Assembly: GCA_020723065.1 (NCBI GenBank)
Contig: DYJP01000005.1
Coordinates: forward strand, 2,668-66,667
Length of the DNA stretch: 64,000 nucleotides
Reading direction: 5' to 3'
Source of the DNA: Candidatus Micrarchaeum sp.
Lineage (GTDB): Archaea; Micrarchaeota; Micrarchaeia; CABMEP01
The number at the start of each line of letters is the position of its first letter. Position 1 is the stretch's first letter. Shown one piece after another: positions 1 to 9,773 of the stretch. The position numbers and the translations under genes are program-made. Under the pieces are notes generated by a model. That model saw only the letters and a program-made list of their open reading frames with translations, had not been told where the DNA came from and searched no databases.

Positions 1-81
1 CTTTAAGCATGCAGCCACTATAGAATCCGCTATGCTGTCCTTCACTGGTGCTAATAGGTCCATAATTCTATTGGGCAGCAT
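1..81 (-). CDS. 5' end (N-terminus) of an unidentified gene continuing beyond the window start (MLPNRIMDLLAPVKDSIADSIVAACLK...)
   Basis: ATG at 79-81 (revcomp) opens a minus-strand frame that runs to position 1 with no stop. No recognisable motifs. Confidence 0.25.
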   Translation of the reverse strand, partial: MLPNRIMDLLAPVKDSIADSIVAACLK

Positions 82-182
82 ATCTTTATAAGATTTAATG
101 GGCAAAAGAAGTATAGAAAATACAAGAAAGCGAAAGCGTCTCAACATGTTTTAATAATATGTACAATATAATATTCACACGC

Positions 183-255
183 GGGGTCGTGGGCTAACCT
201 GGTACGCTACCAGCTTCGGGAGTTGGTGATTCGAGTTCAAATCTCGACGGCCCCA
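183..255 (+). tRNA. tRNA-Pro (anticodon CGG)
   Basis: Acceptor GGGGTCG/CGGCCCC with one G-U pair. Anticodon stem CCAGC/GTTGG, loop TTCGGGA (U33, anticodon CGG, R37). T-arm TCGAG-TTCAAAT-CTCGA. Discriminator A. CCA not encoded. Confidence 0.8.
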
Positions 256-885
256 TATTACTAATTTTATTCAATCACTATTACAAAAGTATATTTACAT
301 CGAATATTAGAATAAAATATGAAAATTGATTTTAAAAAGAAATAACATCTCGTTAATAAATTAAAAAGCGGAATACGTAATAATGCAAATATTATATTAG
401 AAGATATAATTGTAAAGAAAATAAATCAAGGAAACCAAAATGGTTGGAATCTAGAGCGTACGCGTCACAATATCGATCGAACAAAGCAGAATATACATGC
501 ATCCAAGCATTGAATACGATCCCAGAAAGATTTCGCTTGAATATATAGTGTTCCATGAGCTCAAGCACAATTAGACACGGTCTTCAACTTATCCTGGAGC
601 ATAATTTGACCTAAAGGATTAACCTAATTCAAAATCCATAATCTAAACATATTCTAGTATGTACTGATTTTTGCAAAGCTCACTATCACAGAAAAAGATT
701 TGATCAAAGAATCTATAAGGAAAGTTTAACATTGCCTTATAGATATATTACGGATTATTGCAACGTTCAAACAAAACAATGCAAATCTTGGCGGTACATA
801 AATATTTCCATGAAGGTCTGATAAAGAATTTGAAAATAGAAGGCAGGATAAGCTTTAAAGTGAAAAAATATTGCAAAGCAAGCAA

Positions 886-3800
886 TCAGTCAAAAGACCT
901 GTCGTCGACTACCTCATCGATCTCAAAATAATTTGGCTCTGAGGGAAGCTCTAGCTTTTCAAATTTGCCTATAGGGATCAGCGGAGCATTCGCAAAATCA
1001 ATAACCTGCCCTTCCTTCTCCTGAAAATAGATATAGTCTCCCTTCGCACCTATCACCGTAACTCCATTAGCCCGGATCCAGTCTCCTATGGTCTTATATG
1101 CCATATTAAGGAATTCTCTAAAGGAAGCCACACCTTCCGGCGCAATATGGTAGACTGCATTGAACACTCTGCTCCTATGTGTAGCAAGGCTGAACTGGTT
1201 GAATGCGAATATCAGATTCTCAGCAGATATCTTTTCTGTAAGACTCCTATTCTCATCTTTTGACAGAATATCAATAATTGACTTTTCTATCTCTCTAAAT
1301 TTTATGAACTGTGCCCTGAACCTATCGAGCTTCTTCTTGGAATCCTCTTCAAGAAGATCAACATACATATCTGGCATCTCATTAAGGGAGATTAAGTCAG
1401 AATTCTCCTTGCTGAAAAGATCTACGAACGAGAATATAAGCTGAGAATCCTCCCTCCTTGTCGGCTCCGATCTAATAAACGCCTTTATCTTCCTACTGGA
1501 AGACTTATCCTTTACCTTTAAAGTGGTATAAAAAGACCTAAAACTGTCCTTCAACATGAGATAGGCGTGCTTATATTTTAGTGTTAGCAATTTGTTCTCC
1601 ATCGAATCAAACTCTGAATTCAATGAGGCATTATACGCACCGTTGCTCTTGAAAACTGTGATGTAATAGCGCTGAAAAAGCATAAGCATTTCAGACATAC
1701 TCATATTTATCTGGTGCATGAACTCTTGTAAGACATCCTTCTCCCTTCGGTATAAATAATAATCGACGTGGATGTGCCTTCTCATGAAATATTTTGGATA
1801 TTGAAGCTGGGCGAAACGCACAACTGGATCTTTGTGAAGCTTCGAGAAATAATCGTGCCACTGGGGGGTATTCGGAAAGAATGTTCCGGAAACCAGAAGT
1901 TCTAACGGGATATATGCGATTCGCACGTTTCTAAAAACACCCTTGGAAGGAAGTTGTATTATCCCTTCGTCCTCAAGTTGCCTCTTCATGTAGGTATCGA
2001 GACGTTTCTTGAATATCTGCCTCTCATCCTCCCTCATCTTCTCTTTGTATCCGTAATTGAGCTGAGCATGCCTTGACTGCCACTCCCGGATATGGAATAT
2101 TTCTGTGATTGAATTTGGAGAGAATGCAACATCCGTAATCGGAATGTGAGGGACCATTCCGGCAGCACTATATATCGTTTTAAGCAAAGGTTCGAAAAGA
2201 AACATCTCTCTAAGGGGATCGATATCACAAATTGAATATCTGTCAAGAGTCTGTTCCGCAACCGCGTCCCCATTTATCGCTTTTATCTCAAGCTCCTTGA
2301 GCTCATCGTGAGTTGCTATCTTGTGGAACTCTCCAGACAGAATAGTCGGAAAGCCCATCCTGCGCTTTTCTCTGTATATAAAATTAGAGACGTCCGCAAG
2401 CTTGTGGGTCATTCCGAACGCATTTGTCTTCAAATATGGAAACCAGACTGCACCTAGCCTGTATGTGTCGATCACTTCCTGCGCAACCATAGAAATCTTC
2501 TGGTAAAATCCTCTTCTCCAAATTCTCGGCTCCTTCTTTTTCACTGCCAGATCAAAAGAAGTGGTCCGATTCTCTCTTGCACCATCTCTAATGTTACTCA
2601 AATCGTAAGGGATTACATGACCCACTATCCTGTACGGCTGCTCATGCTTGAGAAAATTGAGCACAGAGCCTATGAGCTCATATTCATTATCATAATGAAG
2701 AACGATAAAGCCATTTAAATTCTTCTCATGCTCCCTTGAATTAGCGGTTGACGGATTATTAAGCTTGAAATAGAGCCTTACCTCAGAACCATCCTCCCTT
2801 GTTATATGCATCATCACCCTCGATATTTGCTCCTTGTACCTATCCTGGCTGAGATCTACATCTCCAGACTGCTTTGACTTGAACAGAATCTTGGACGTCA
2901 ACTCCGATATCTTTTCCTTTGTCTCTAAAGGATCCAGCTTGGAATTGGGATTGATGAGTTCTGCCTGAAGCTCGGAAATCTGACTCAAGATTTTCCTTTC
3001 CTCTTCAGTCTTCCACATCGGCTTTTCGATATCCAGGAAACAAGTTGACAGGGATTTCCAGCATTCGTACGAAATTCTGTTCTTATGCACTATAAGACCA
3101 TTTGGCTCCGTCTTTCCATGCTCAAATGGATTGCTCGAACTCTTAGATTCGAGCACTATCTCATATGCCTTTGTATCGTCATTATACCTGAGTGAATTCT
3201 TTGAATCTAACTGCTTAACTATCTCTCTCAATGAAAAGAAAAGAGAGGAAAGTTTTTTCATATTCTCTTCTATTCTTTTGAACTTCTCACTATCTTTAAG
3301 GAACATTTTGTAAACAATAGGAAATTTCTTGGAAACAAACTTAAACTGACTCGGATCGTTAAATGCACTCATGCTGTATTTTTCTCTATAAAATTTCCTT
3401 ATCTGGTTAAATGCCCTAGTCTTTTTTGCAGCCATAGACGGATCGTAATTTTCGCAAGAATAAAAAGATGAGACTATATCTGAAGCCTTCTCGTAAAGCT
3501 GACCAAGAGTTTCAAACCTGGAAAATAAATATTCAAGGCTTTCATTAATGGTCACTTCCCTGTACATCCACTCCAATTCCCGACGTATAACTTTATTCAG
3601 ATTCTTTATTTGAAAACCGTATTTCTTAAGCTTGTTTAAGATTTTCTTGTCACAAGGTACTTCCGCATTGAGAACAAAGAGATGGGAATCTTCAACTTGA
3701 AATGAAATATTCGGAAAGTTTACTTCCAACTCCTTTTTTTTGTCCCGGAATCTTAATGAAATGTACGCTGTAATTTTATACTTTGCAACATTCTCATCTT

Positions 3801-4179
3801 TATGCACCCGTTTAAGCACGGATACGAATTGCTCATAGCTATAAAATACTGGTGTTGCAACCTTCACAGGATGCCTGACATAGACTGTGATAGTCTTGGG
3901 GTCATCCAAAGACCATTTTCTCAAAGACAAAATAAGCCGGTTCTCCCTGGATTCATATTCCTCAAAGCCCAGGTGACTCACAAACCAGAATGGCTTGATG
4001 CGGCCGAGCGATTCCCGTACAGCTTGCTCCTTTGTCTTCGAAATCTCATCAAAAATATAATTGTCCGCCTTCGAATCCATTTGCGGAACTTCGAAAGGCT
4101 CTTCATCTATTATTTCATCTTTAAAATTAATTGTATGATTAGCTAGGACTGCATCTTGCAATTTATGTCGTATTTGCAT
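886..4179 (-). CDS. Large (1097 aa) soluble hypothetical protein of unknown family. Weak acidic motifs: LDIEKP, HYDNEYEL, KTNAFG, YSICDIDPL, PHIPITD.
   Basis: Uninterrupted 3.3-kb ORF with an ATG start. No P-loop, no Cys clusters, not hydrophobic. Bracketed by tRNA-Pro and tRNA-Leu. The motifs faintly resemble family-B exonuclease DxE/NxxFD and polymerase or primase DxD, but are not diagnostic. Confidence 0.6.
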   Translation of the reverse strand: MQIRHKLQDAVLANHTINFKDEIIDEEPFEVPQMDSKADNYIFDEISKTKEQAVRESLGRIKPFWFVSHLGFEEYESRENRLILSLRKWSLDDPKTITVYVRHPVKVATPVFYSYEQFVSVLKRVHKDENVAKYKITAYISLRFRDKKKELEVNFPNISFQVEDSHLFVLNAEVPCDKKILNKLKKYGFQIKNLNKVIRRELEWMYREVTINESLEYLFSRFETLGQLYEKASDIVSSFYSCENYDPSMAAKKTRAFNQIRKFYREKYSMSAFNDPSQFKFVSKKFPIVYKMFLKDSEKFKRIEENMKKLSSLFFSLREIVKQLDSKNSLRYNDDTKAYEIVLESKSSSNPFEHGKTEPNGLIVHKNRISYECWKSLSTCFLDIEKPMWKTEEERKILSQISELQAELINPNSKLDPLETKEKISELTSKILFKSKQSGDVDLSQDRYKEQISRVMMHITREDGSEVRLYFKLNNPSTANSREHEKNLNGFIVLHYDNEYELIGSVLNFLKHEQPYRIVGHVIPYDLSNIRDGARENRTTSFDLAVKKKEPRIWRRGFYQKISMVAQEVIDTYRLGAVWFPYLKTNAFGMTHKLADVSNFIYREKRRMGFPTILSGEFHKIATHDELKELEIKAINGDAVAEQTLDRYSICDIDPLREMFLFEPLLKTIYSAAGMVPHIPITDVAFSPNSITEIFHIREWQSRHAQLNYGYKEKMREDERQIFKKRLDTYMKRQLEDEGIIQLPSKGVFRNVRIAYIPLELLVSGTFFPNTPQWHDYFSKLHKDPVVRFAQLQYPKYFMRRHIHVDYYLYRREKDVLQEFMHQINMSMSEMLMLFQRYYITVFKSNGAYNASLNSEFDSMENKLLTLKYKHAYLMLKDSFRSFYTTLKVKDKSSSRKIKAFIRSEPTRREDSQLIFSFVDLFSKENSDLISLNEMPDMYVDLLEEDSKKKLDRFRAQFIKFREIEKSIIDILSKDENRSLTEKISAENLIFAFNQFSLATHRSRVFNAVYHIAPEGVASFREFLNMAYKTIGDWIRANGVTVIGAKGDYIYFQEKEGQVIDFANAPLIPIGKFEKLELPSEPNYFEIDEVVDDRSFD

Positions 4180-4293
4180 ATCTATTAAAGGTTTTTCTTG
4201 TATTTAAACATTTCTAAATAAAAAATTAAAGATTGAAAAAAATCAGCGGATATAAAAGATATTTAATAATTTACAGACATATGTAATTGAAAA

Positions 4294-4379
4294 GCAGGGG
4301 TGACAGAGCTAGGTCAATTGTGCAAGGCTCAGAACCTTGTGCCTTAGTGGCTGCGTGGGTTCAAATCCCACCTCCTGCA
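4294..4379 (+). tRNA. tRNA-Leu (anticodon CAG), long variable arm
   Basis: Acceptor GCAGGGG/CTCCTGC. Anticodon stem CAAGG/CCTTG, loop CTCAGAA. Long variable arm. T-arm GTGGG-TTCAAAT-CCCAC. Discriminator A. Confidence 0.8.
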
Positions 4380-4403
4380 CTTTCTGCTTGACAAAGTGAT
4401 AAA

Positions 4404-5480
4404 ATGGCTTTTGAAGAAATGCTAACCCTAAACTTATTCGGAAATACTGTCTACGACTACCTAGTGTCCTTGGGAATATTCATACTGACATGGATAGCAA
4501 TATTCGCGATAAAGAACATCCTGCTAATCCAACTCAAGAAAATAGCGAAAAAGACAAAGACAACCCTGGACGACAAGATAATTGAATACATACAGGGAGT
4601 CAGCATAGTTTTCTATTTCATATGGTCGATATACGTAAGCACTTCCTTCCTAATCCTACCCAAGATAGTGCAAACTGTAATATACTATTCTCTGCTTCTC
4701 ACCATAGGTTACTATATAACCAAGCTTATTAACAAAATAGTCGAATACTTCTTCGGAAAAATGGAAAATGAGCAGACGAAGAAATTCCAGGAAAGCGACT
4801 TCTCCCAACTTCACCTAATGAGGGATATAGTCAAAACAGTGATCTGGTTCCTTACGATACTAATATTTCTGTCCAACCTAGGATTTGACATAACCACTAT
4901 GATAGCAGGATTGGGAATCGGAGGCATTGCAATAGCGTTCGCTTTGCAGAGCATACTTACAGACATATTTGCTTCGTTCTCGATATATTTCGACAAGCCA
5001 TTCAAGAAAGGAGACTTTATAGTCGTCGGAAATGAAAGCGGAAATATAAAAAAGATAGGGCTCAAAACAACCAGGATGGAATCTCTAGCTGGAGAGGAGA
5101 TCATCATTTCCAACAAAATGCTAGTAGATTCCAACATCCATAATTACAAAAAAATGAACTACAGAAGGTCCATATTTAGCATAGGAGTTGACTACGATAC
5201 CCCGGTAGAAAAGCTAGAAAAAATTCCAGGATACATAAAAGACATAATAGATAGCGTAAAGAAAGATGGCAAACATATGGCCAAAACTGAAAGAATACAT
5301 TTCAAATCTTTCGGGGATTTCGCGCTCATGTACGAGATAATGTATACCATAAATTCAAGCGACTACAATGTTTATATGGACATCCAGCAAGACATAAATC
5401 TCGGAATAGTCAGAAAATTCAAGAAAGAAAAGATAAAAATGGCGTATCCGACACAGACAGTCTACATTAAAAGAGAATAA
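4404..5480 (+). CDS. Small-conductance mechanosensitive channel (MscS family)
   Basis: Three N-terminal TM helices followed by the MscS beta-domain motif (GDFIVVGNESGNIKKIGLKTTRMESLAGEEIIISN). Confidence 0.75.
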   Translation: MAFEEMLTLNLFGNTVYDYLVSLGIFILTWIAIFAIKNILLIQLKKIAKKTKTTLDDKIIEYIQGVSIVFYFIWSIYVSTSFLILPKIVQTVIYYSLLLTIGYYITKLINKIVEYFFGKMENEQTKKFQESDFSQLHLMRDIVKTVIWFLTILIFLSNLGFDITTMIAGLGIGGIAIAFALQSILTDIFASFSIYFDKPFKKGDFIVVGNESGNIKKIGLKTTRMESLAGEEIIISNKMLVDSNIHNYKKMNYRRSIFSIGVDYDTPVEKLEKIPGYIKDIIDSVKKDGKHMAKTERIHFKSFGDFALMYEIMYTINSSDYNVYMDIQQDINLGIVRKFKKEKIKMAYPTQTVYIKRE

Positions 5481-5528
5481 AATGAGAACGAAAGAATCAA
5501 ACTGCCTTACAAACTGGCCGGAATATTC

Positions 5529-5972
5529 TTGATTCTGGCAATTTTATTTATTTGGTACGCAAACTTATCTTCTTCATTAGATAGAAGGCAAAACGCCACC
5601 GTGGGTCATCTAATAACTTCTATGTCTGCATCAGTTCTGATAATATATCTTGCAGTACAGTTCAGACTGAAACAACGCGCATTCCACAGGGAAGCAGCCT
5701 ATTTGATGACAATCTTTGGAATACTCAGCTTCTATTTTGCATGGAAATACGGATTTGCGCTTCAATTCTCGCTAAACACTGCCGACCTACACAATATATT
5801 CGGCTTCTTGTCGCTCGGTCTTTCGCTTTTCCCGATGATCTTAAGACCAGGAGGAAAACTGAAGCTTCACTGCAGGATTGCGACTACAGCGGCATTTTTT
5901 GCAATATTGAGCATTATAACGGGAATAATGGCTTACGGACACCACATACTCAGAATTTTTGGAATGGAATAA
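5529..5972 (+). CDS. Hypothetical polytopic membrane protein
   Basis: 147-aa ORF with about four hydrophobic segments. No recognised motif. Confidence 0.45.
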   Translation: MILAILFIWYANLSSSLDRRQNATVGHLITSMSASVLIIYLAVQFRLKQRAFHREAAYLMTIFGILSFYFAWKYGFALQFSLNTADLHNIFGFLSLGLSLFPMILRPGGKLKLHCRIATTAAFFAILSIITGIMAYGHHILRIFGME

Positions 5973-6032
5973 AATAATCGAGAACTAAGCATTGGTTTAA
6001 AATGATTATAGAACAAATAAAGTTGTGATAAT

Positions 6033-6230
6033 ATGGGTACTCTCTCAGTTGCATCTGTCGAACGACTTATACGATCCGCAGGAGGAAACAGAGTAAGCAA
6101 GGACGCTGCCGAAGCATTGTCAGTGATTCTTGAACAAAAGGGAATGGAAATAGCCTCCAAAGCCGCAAAGCTTGCAAGACATGCGGGAAGAAAAACTATA
6201 ACTGCGGACGACATAAGACTAGCACAGTAA
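6033..6230 (+). CDS. Archaeal histone (HMf/histone-fold family)
   Basis: 65 aa. Clear similarity to HMfB (RLIRSAGGNRVSKDAAEAL...EIASKAAKLARHAGRKTITADDIRLA). Confidence 0.85.
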   Translation: MGTLSVASVERLIRSAGGNRVSKDAAEALSVILEQKGMEIASKAAKLARHAGRKTITADDIRLAQ

Positions 6231-6266
6231 TTTTAATTTTTAAAAATATAAAAGATTTCCAAGCAC

Positions 6267-6635
6267 TCAAAGCTTAGAAAGCGCGTATATCAGTATCGCA
6301 TCCAAAACCAAGAAAGAAACAGCAAGAACATTTCCTGGCGATCCTAAAATATAGACATTGGAGAATTCGTTTAACACCATCATTTCCATGGCGATCGCAG
6401 ACATAACCACTATGGCTTTTGAAACAAATATTCCATAGGTCAGTATCACATAACCCCCAAATATAGCAATGAGAATCCAGCTCAAAAGAGCGAGATCGCT
6501 GAAGGAAGTGAACCAGAGAACTATCGAAGATGCCAGTATGAGCATCAAGAAAGAAATGAACTTGGTCTTCAGATTGTGCTCTATTATTTCAATTTGCTTG
6601 GATTCCTTTTTAGTTTTTCTTACTGTCCCGACCAA
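6267..6635 (-). CDS. Hypothetical small membrane protein
   Basis: 122 aa with three predicted TM segments. Confidence 0.4.
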   Translation of the reverse strand: MVGTVRKTKKESKQIEIIEHNLKTKFISFLMLILASSIVLWFTSFSDLALLSWILIAIFGGYVILTYGIFVSKAIVVMSAIAMEMMVLNEFSNVYILGSPGNVLAVSFLVLDAILIYALSKL

Positions 6636-6651
6636 CTGATCTACCCCTGGA

Positions 6652-6897
6652 TTACATTAAATTAACTTCTTCTACCTGTGCCTGACTAACTCCAGGTATC
6701 TTGTTGAGCTTTTCTTCTACATCACCGCCTGCGCTATCGGGCATGATAATCAATACCTTCAATGCTTTCATTCCAAAACCAACATCCTCCAATCTGGAAT
6801 CCTGAAGCTTTCCTATATTAGAAATTTCCGCCTTGATAGAATCAAATTTAGAAGGATCTTCTGAATAAATTTTTGCTGTTACCATTACATCTCCCAT
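6652..6897 (-). CDS. ef1b: Translation elongation factor aEF-1 beta
   Basis: 81 aa. Characteristic aEF-1beta length and motifs (KIMPDS...EEKL...IPGV). Confidence 0.75.
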   Translation of the reverse strand: MGDVMVTAKIYSEDPSKFDSIKAEISNIGKLQDSRLEDVGFGMKALKVLIIMPDSAGGDVEEKLNKIPGVSQAQVEEVNLM

Positions 6898-7082
6898 AAA
6901 ATCACTATAGTTATATTGGAGGGAGAGCTTTAAAAGATTTATTAACTTTGAAATTTAGAGAATTAGAAAACATCAACAGAAAGGAATAAAAATAGGAATT
7001 ATCTAATATATATAACTGGTTTTGCATAAACAAGAGCATTGTCTTAATGCATCCAGCATTATATTTTACTTAAGGTGAATTT

Positions 7083-7226
7083 ATGAAAACATGCATAAGC
7101 TGCGGAAAGCAGACAAAGCAATACACTGAATTCGAAAGTCCGGAAGGAGAAAAAATTGTAAGATGCAAACACTGCAAAGAAACTGGTGTACCTTACAAGA
7201 CGCCAGCAGGATTCGAAGGTCCGTAA
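7083..7226 (+). CDS. Small zinc-ribbon protein (47 aa, two CxxC pairs). Resembles the conserved archaeal small zinc-finger gene often found beside ef1b.
   Basis: MKTCISCGK...RCKHCKETG. AGGTGA Shine-Dalgarno motif 6 nt upstream of the ATG. Below the ORF-track length cutoff. Confidence 0.5.
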   Translation: MKTCISCGKQTKQYTEFESPEGEKIVRCKHCKETGVPYKTPAGFEGP

Positions 7227-7261
7227 CTCAAAATAATTTATTTTTTAAAGTTTAATCGTAA

Positions 7262-8662
7262 TTATTTCAATTTCTTAACCATATACGGACCCTCAAGCTC
7301 ATACCCTAATTTTCTGTAATATTCCCTGACACCTACACCACTTATTACGTAAAGTTTCCTTATTCCTTTTTCCTTTGCGATCTCTTCGGATCTCTGCATC
7401 AACTTCGTTCCCAATCCGAGATGTTGAACTGGAGTGACTTTCTTTGTACTTGTAGAATCTGTTATTTTATTCAATTTCAATTCCGGACCATAAACGTGAA
7501 GCTCCCTTATGAAAGCGAACTCTTTATTTCCATCCATGATCCTAAGTCTGCACAAGCCAAAAAGAGTGTCTTTATGTTCATAAGACAAGAAAAATTCAGT
7601 TCCTTCTGAAGCTCGATACTCTTCAACCAGAAGATTCAAATCGCTTGCAGACAAACTAAATAACTCTTCTTTTGTCATCTTTCCTTTCATAATCGAAAAG
7701 CCTACCTCCCTGCACCTTATGCATTTGCATGAAAGACCCTTCTTTGAAAGCTCTGTAAACAGAAGATTTCTCATGTCTATCTTAGTGGTTCCATTCGCAA
7801 TATAAACAGGAGGTATCTCTCTCATCACCCTCATTATCCGTGTCCATTTAGGAACCATCATCTTCATTTCCATTAGAATCTCAAGCAGTTCAGCGTCAGA
7901 ATAAGTCTTGTACTTTCCTTCATAATACCACTGCTCGAGTTCGCTTCCCTTCATAACCTGGGTGGGATAAAGCTTGATCTGGTCCGGCTTGAAATCTTCC
8001 GAAGTGAATATTTCTTTAAATTTCTTAAGGTCCATCTCCCTTGTGACCCCGGGAAGACCTGGCATGAGATGGTAACCTACCTTGAATCCTGCGTTCTTCA
8101 ACCTTTTAGTTGCTTCGACCACGTCCTTTACTGTGTGACCCCTCTTATTCAATTTGTAAATCTCATCATCAGGGAATTGCACTCCAAGTTCACAGCGCGT
8201 GGCGCCGAATTCAAGCATTCTTTTAATATCTTCATCTTTACACCAATCCGGCCTAGTCTCTATGCAGAGACCTATACACCTATGCTTTGCTGTTTCATTT
8301 ATCTTCTTCGCCTCTGCAAGGTCCTTGGATTCAATTCCATTCATTGCATCAAAGCATTTCTTCACGAATTCATACTGATATTCGACAGGATAGGCCAAGA
8401 AAGTCCCACCCATGATAATAAGCTCGATTTTCTCAGTAGGATGTCCCATAGCTTCGAACGACCTTATTCTTGCCAAAACCTGTTTGTATGGATCATAATT
8501 CAGTTCCCTCGCCCTCATGATTGCAGGACTTAATGGAGTATAGGACTGCGGAACGCCCAAGGTAGGGCAATATAGGCATGTACCGTGTGGACAAGGCATT
8601 GGCTTTATCACTACAGCTAATGGAGTAACTCCGCTCATTGTCCTTGTAGGCTTTGTCGGCAT
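7262..8662 (-). CDS. elp3: Elp3-like tRNA U34 modification enzyme (radical-SAM plus C-terminal GNAT acetyltransferase domain)
   Basis: CPHGTCLYCP radical-SAM cysteine motif. Elp3-conserved central region. C-terminal GNAT fold. Start moved to the first ATG (8662); the track start is a GTG. Confidence 0.8.
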   Translation of the reverse strand: MPTKPTRTMSGVTPLAVVIKPMPCPHGTCLYCPTLGVPQSYTPLSPAIMRARELNYDPYKQVLARIRSFEAMGHPTEKIELIIMGGTFLAYPVEYQYEFVKKCFDAMNGIESKDLAEAKKINETAKHRCIGLCIETRPDWCKDEDIKRMLEFGATRCELGVQFPDDEIYKLNKRGHTVKDVVEATKRLKNAGFKVGYHLMPGLPGVTREMDLKKFKEIFTSEDFKPDQIKLYPTQVMKGSELEQWYYEGKYKTYSDAELLEILMEMKMMVPKWTRIMRVMREIPPVYIANGTTKIDMRNLLFTELSKKGLSCKCIRCREVGFSIMKGKMTKEELFSLSASDLNLLVEEYRASEGTEFFLSYEHKDTLFGLCRLRIMDGNKEFAFIRELHVYGPELKLNKITDSTSTKKVTPVQHLGLGTKLMQRSEEIAKEKGIRKLYVISGVGVREYYRKLGYELEGPYMVKKLK

Positions 8663-8722
8663 AATTATAATTAGCACTGAAAATTAAAGAATTTATCCTG
8701 TATTATACTAAAAAGGTTAAAC

Positions 8723-9160
8723 ATGCAAAAAAACAGAAAAATAAAAAGATTCGAATGGAAAGACATCACAGAAGTAATGCAAATAGAGCGCGAGGCTTTC
8801 GAAAAAGACAGATGGGACGAAATAGAATTCATGAAATGGCATGAAATGTTTCCGAACGGATTCCTTGTAGCAGAAGATCATAACAACAAGATCATCGGAT
8901 ATATTATTTGCGACAGAGAAGGATACATACATTCAATAGCTGTAAAAAGAACAGAACAGAGAAAGGGAATAGGAAAGGCGCTGATAGAAGAAGAAACCAA
9001 CATAATTAATACTGATGAGTTCTATCTCCATGTAAGGGCAAGCAACAAAAATGCAATACGATTCTATGAAAAGCTAGGATTTCAAAAAACACAGATTTTC
9101 AGCGGAATCTATGCAGATGGAGAGGATGCACTCCACATGAAGCTGCAAATCCGAAAATAA
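8723..9160 (+). CDS. GNAT N-acetyltransferase (RimI-like)
   Basis: 145 aa with an acetyl-CoA binding motif (IAVKRTEQRKGIGKALI). Divergent from elp3. Confidence 0.7.
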   Translation: MQKNRKIKRFEWKDITEVMQIEREAFEKDRWDEIEFMKWHEMFPNGFLVAEDHNNKIIGYIICDREGYIHSIAVKRTEQRKGIGKALIEEETNIINTDEFYLHVRASNKNAIRFYEKLGFQKTQIFSGIYADGEDALHMKLQIRK

Positions 9161-9773
9161 ACATTCCGTTTGGGGAATAGATTTAAAATATTATTTTTTT
9201 AAAGGATGAAATATATCACACCTACCAACAGAAGTTTTCCTTACGAAAGGAGTGAGGCGCCACAATGAGAATCTGGCGTCATTTGAACTTACATTTAAAG
9301 ATATAGGCATAAAAAAAATGCAACTTGATCTACATATCAAGCATCCTGCCCCCTAACTGCAAAATGATATCGAAGGGCAAAGGGTAAACCATCTCAAGCC
9401 AAAGCAGATAACTTACTACGTCATGATGGTGGCGGAAACCAACGAAACCAATCGGCTGGTTGTCGCACCCATAGGATCCACTTGCCAAAAAACATCAACG
9501 CATAGAGATACATCAGCAAACACTACAAGCACAGCGAAACTAATGAAAAAGTCGGAAATTATACGGAAGATCTGACTGCCAACATACTCGTCACAAAGCT
9601 CAGGATAGAATTCGACCCTAAATAGAGTTGGGACGAAAAAGAAAATCTCTACAAGGGATTCGAAAAGATAATAAAGATGAAAAACATCATGCAGTTCTCG
9701 GAAGAGAAGACAAGATTATAGACCAATTTAATCGCAGCCACAGTGTGCTCAAAGCTGGAATAATAGTGAATGT

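Noticed and set aside
886-4179. Interpretation of the 1097-aa protein as the PolD large subunit or a canonical PolB
   Set aside because: PolD DP2 has multiple Zn-finger Cys clusters, which are absent here. Canonical PolB motif A (DxxSLYPS) and KKRY are not found. Only weak DxE/DxD motifs are present, so no family call is made.
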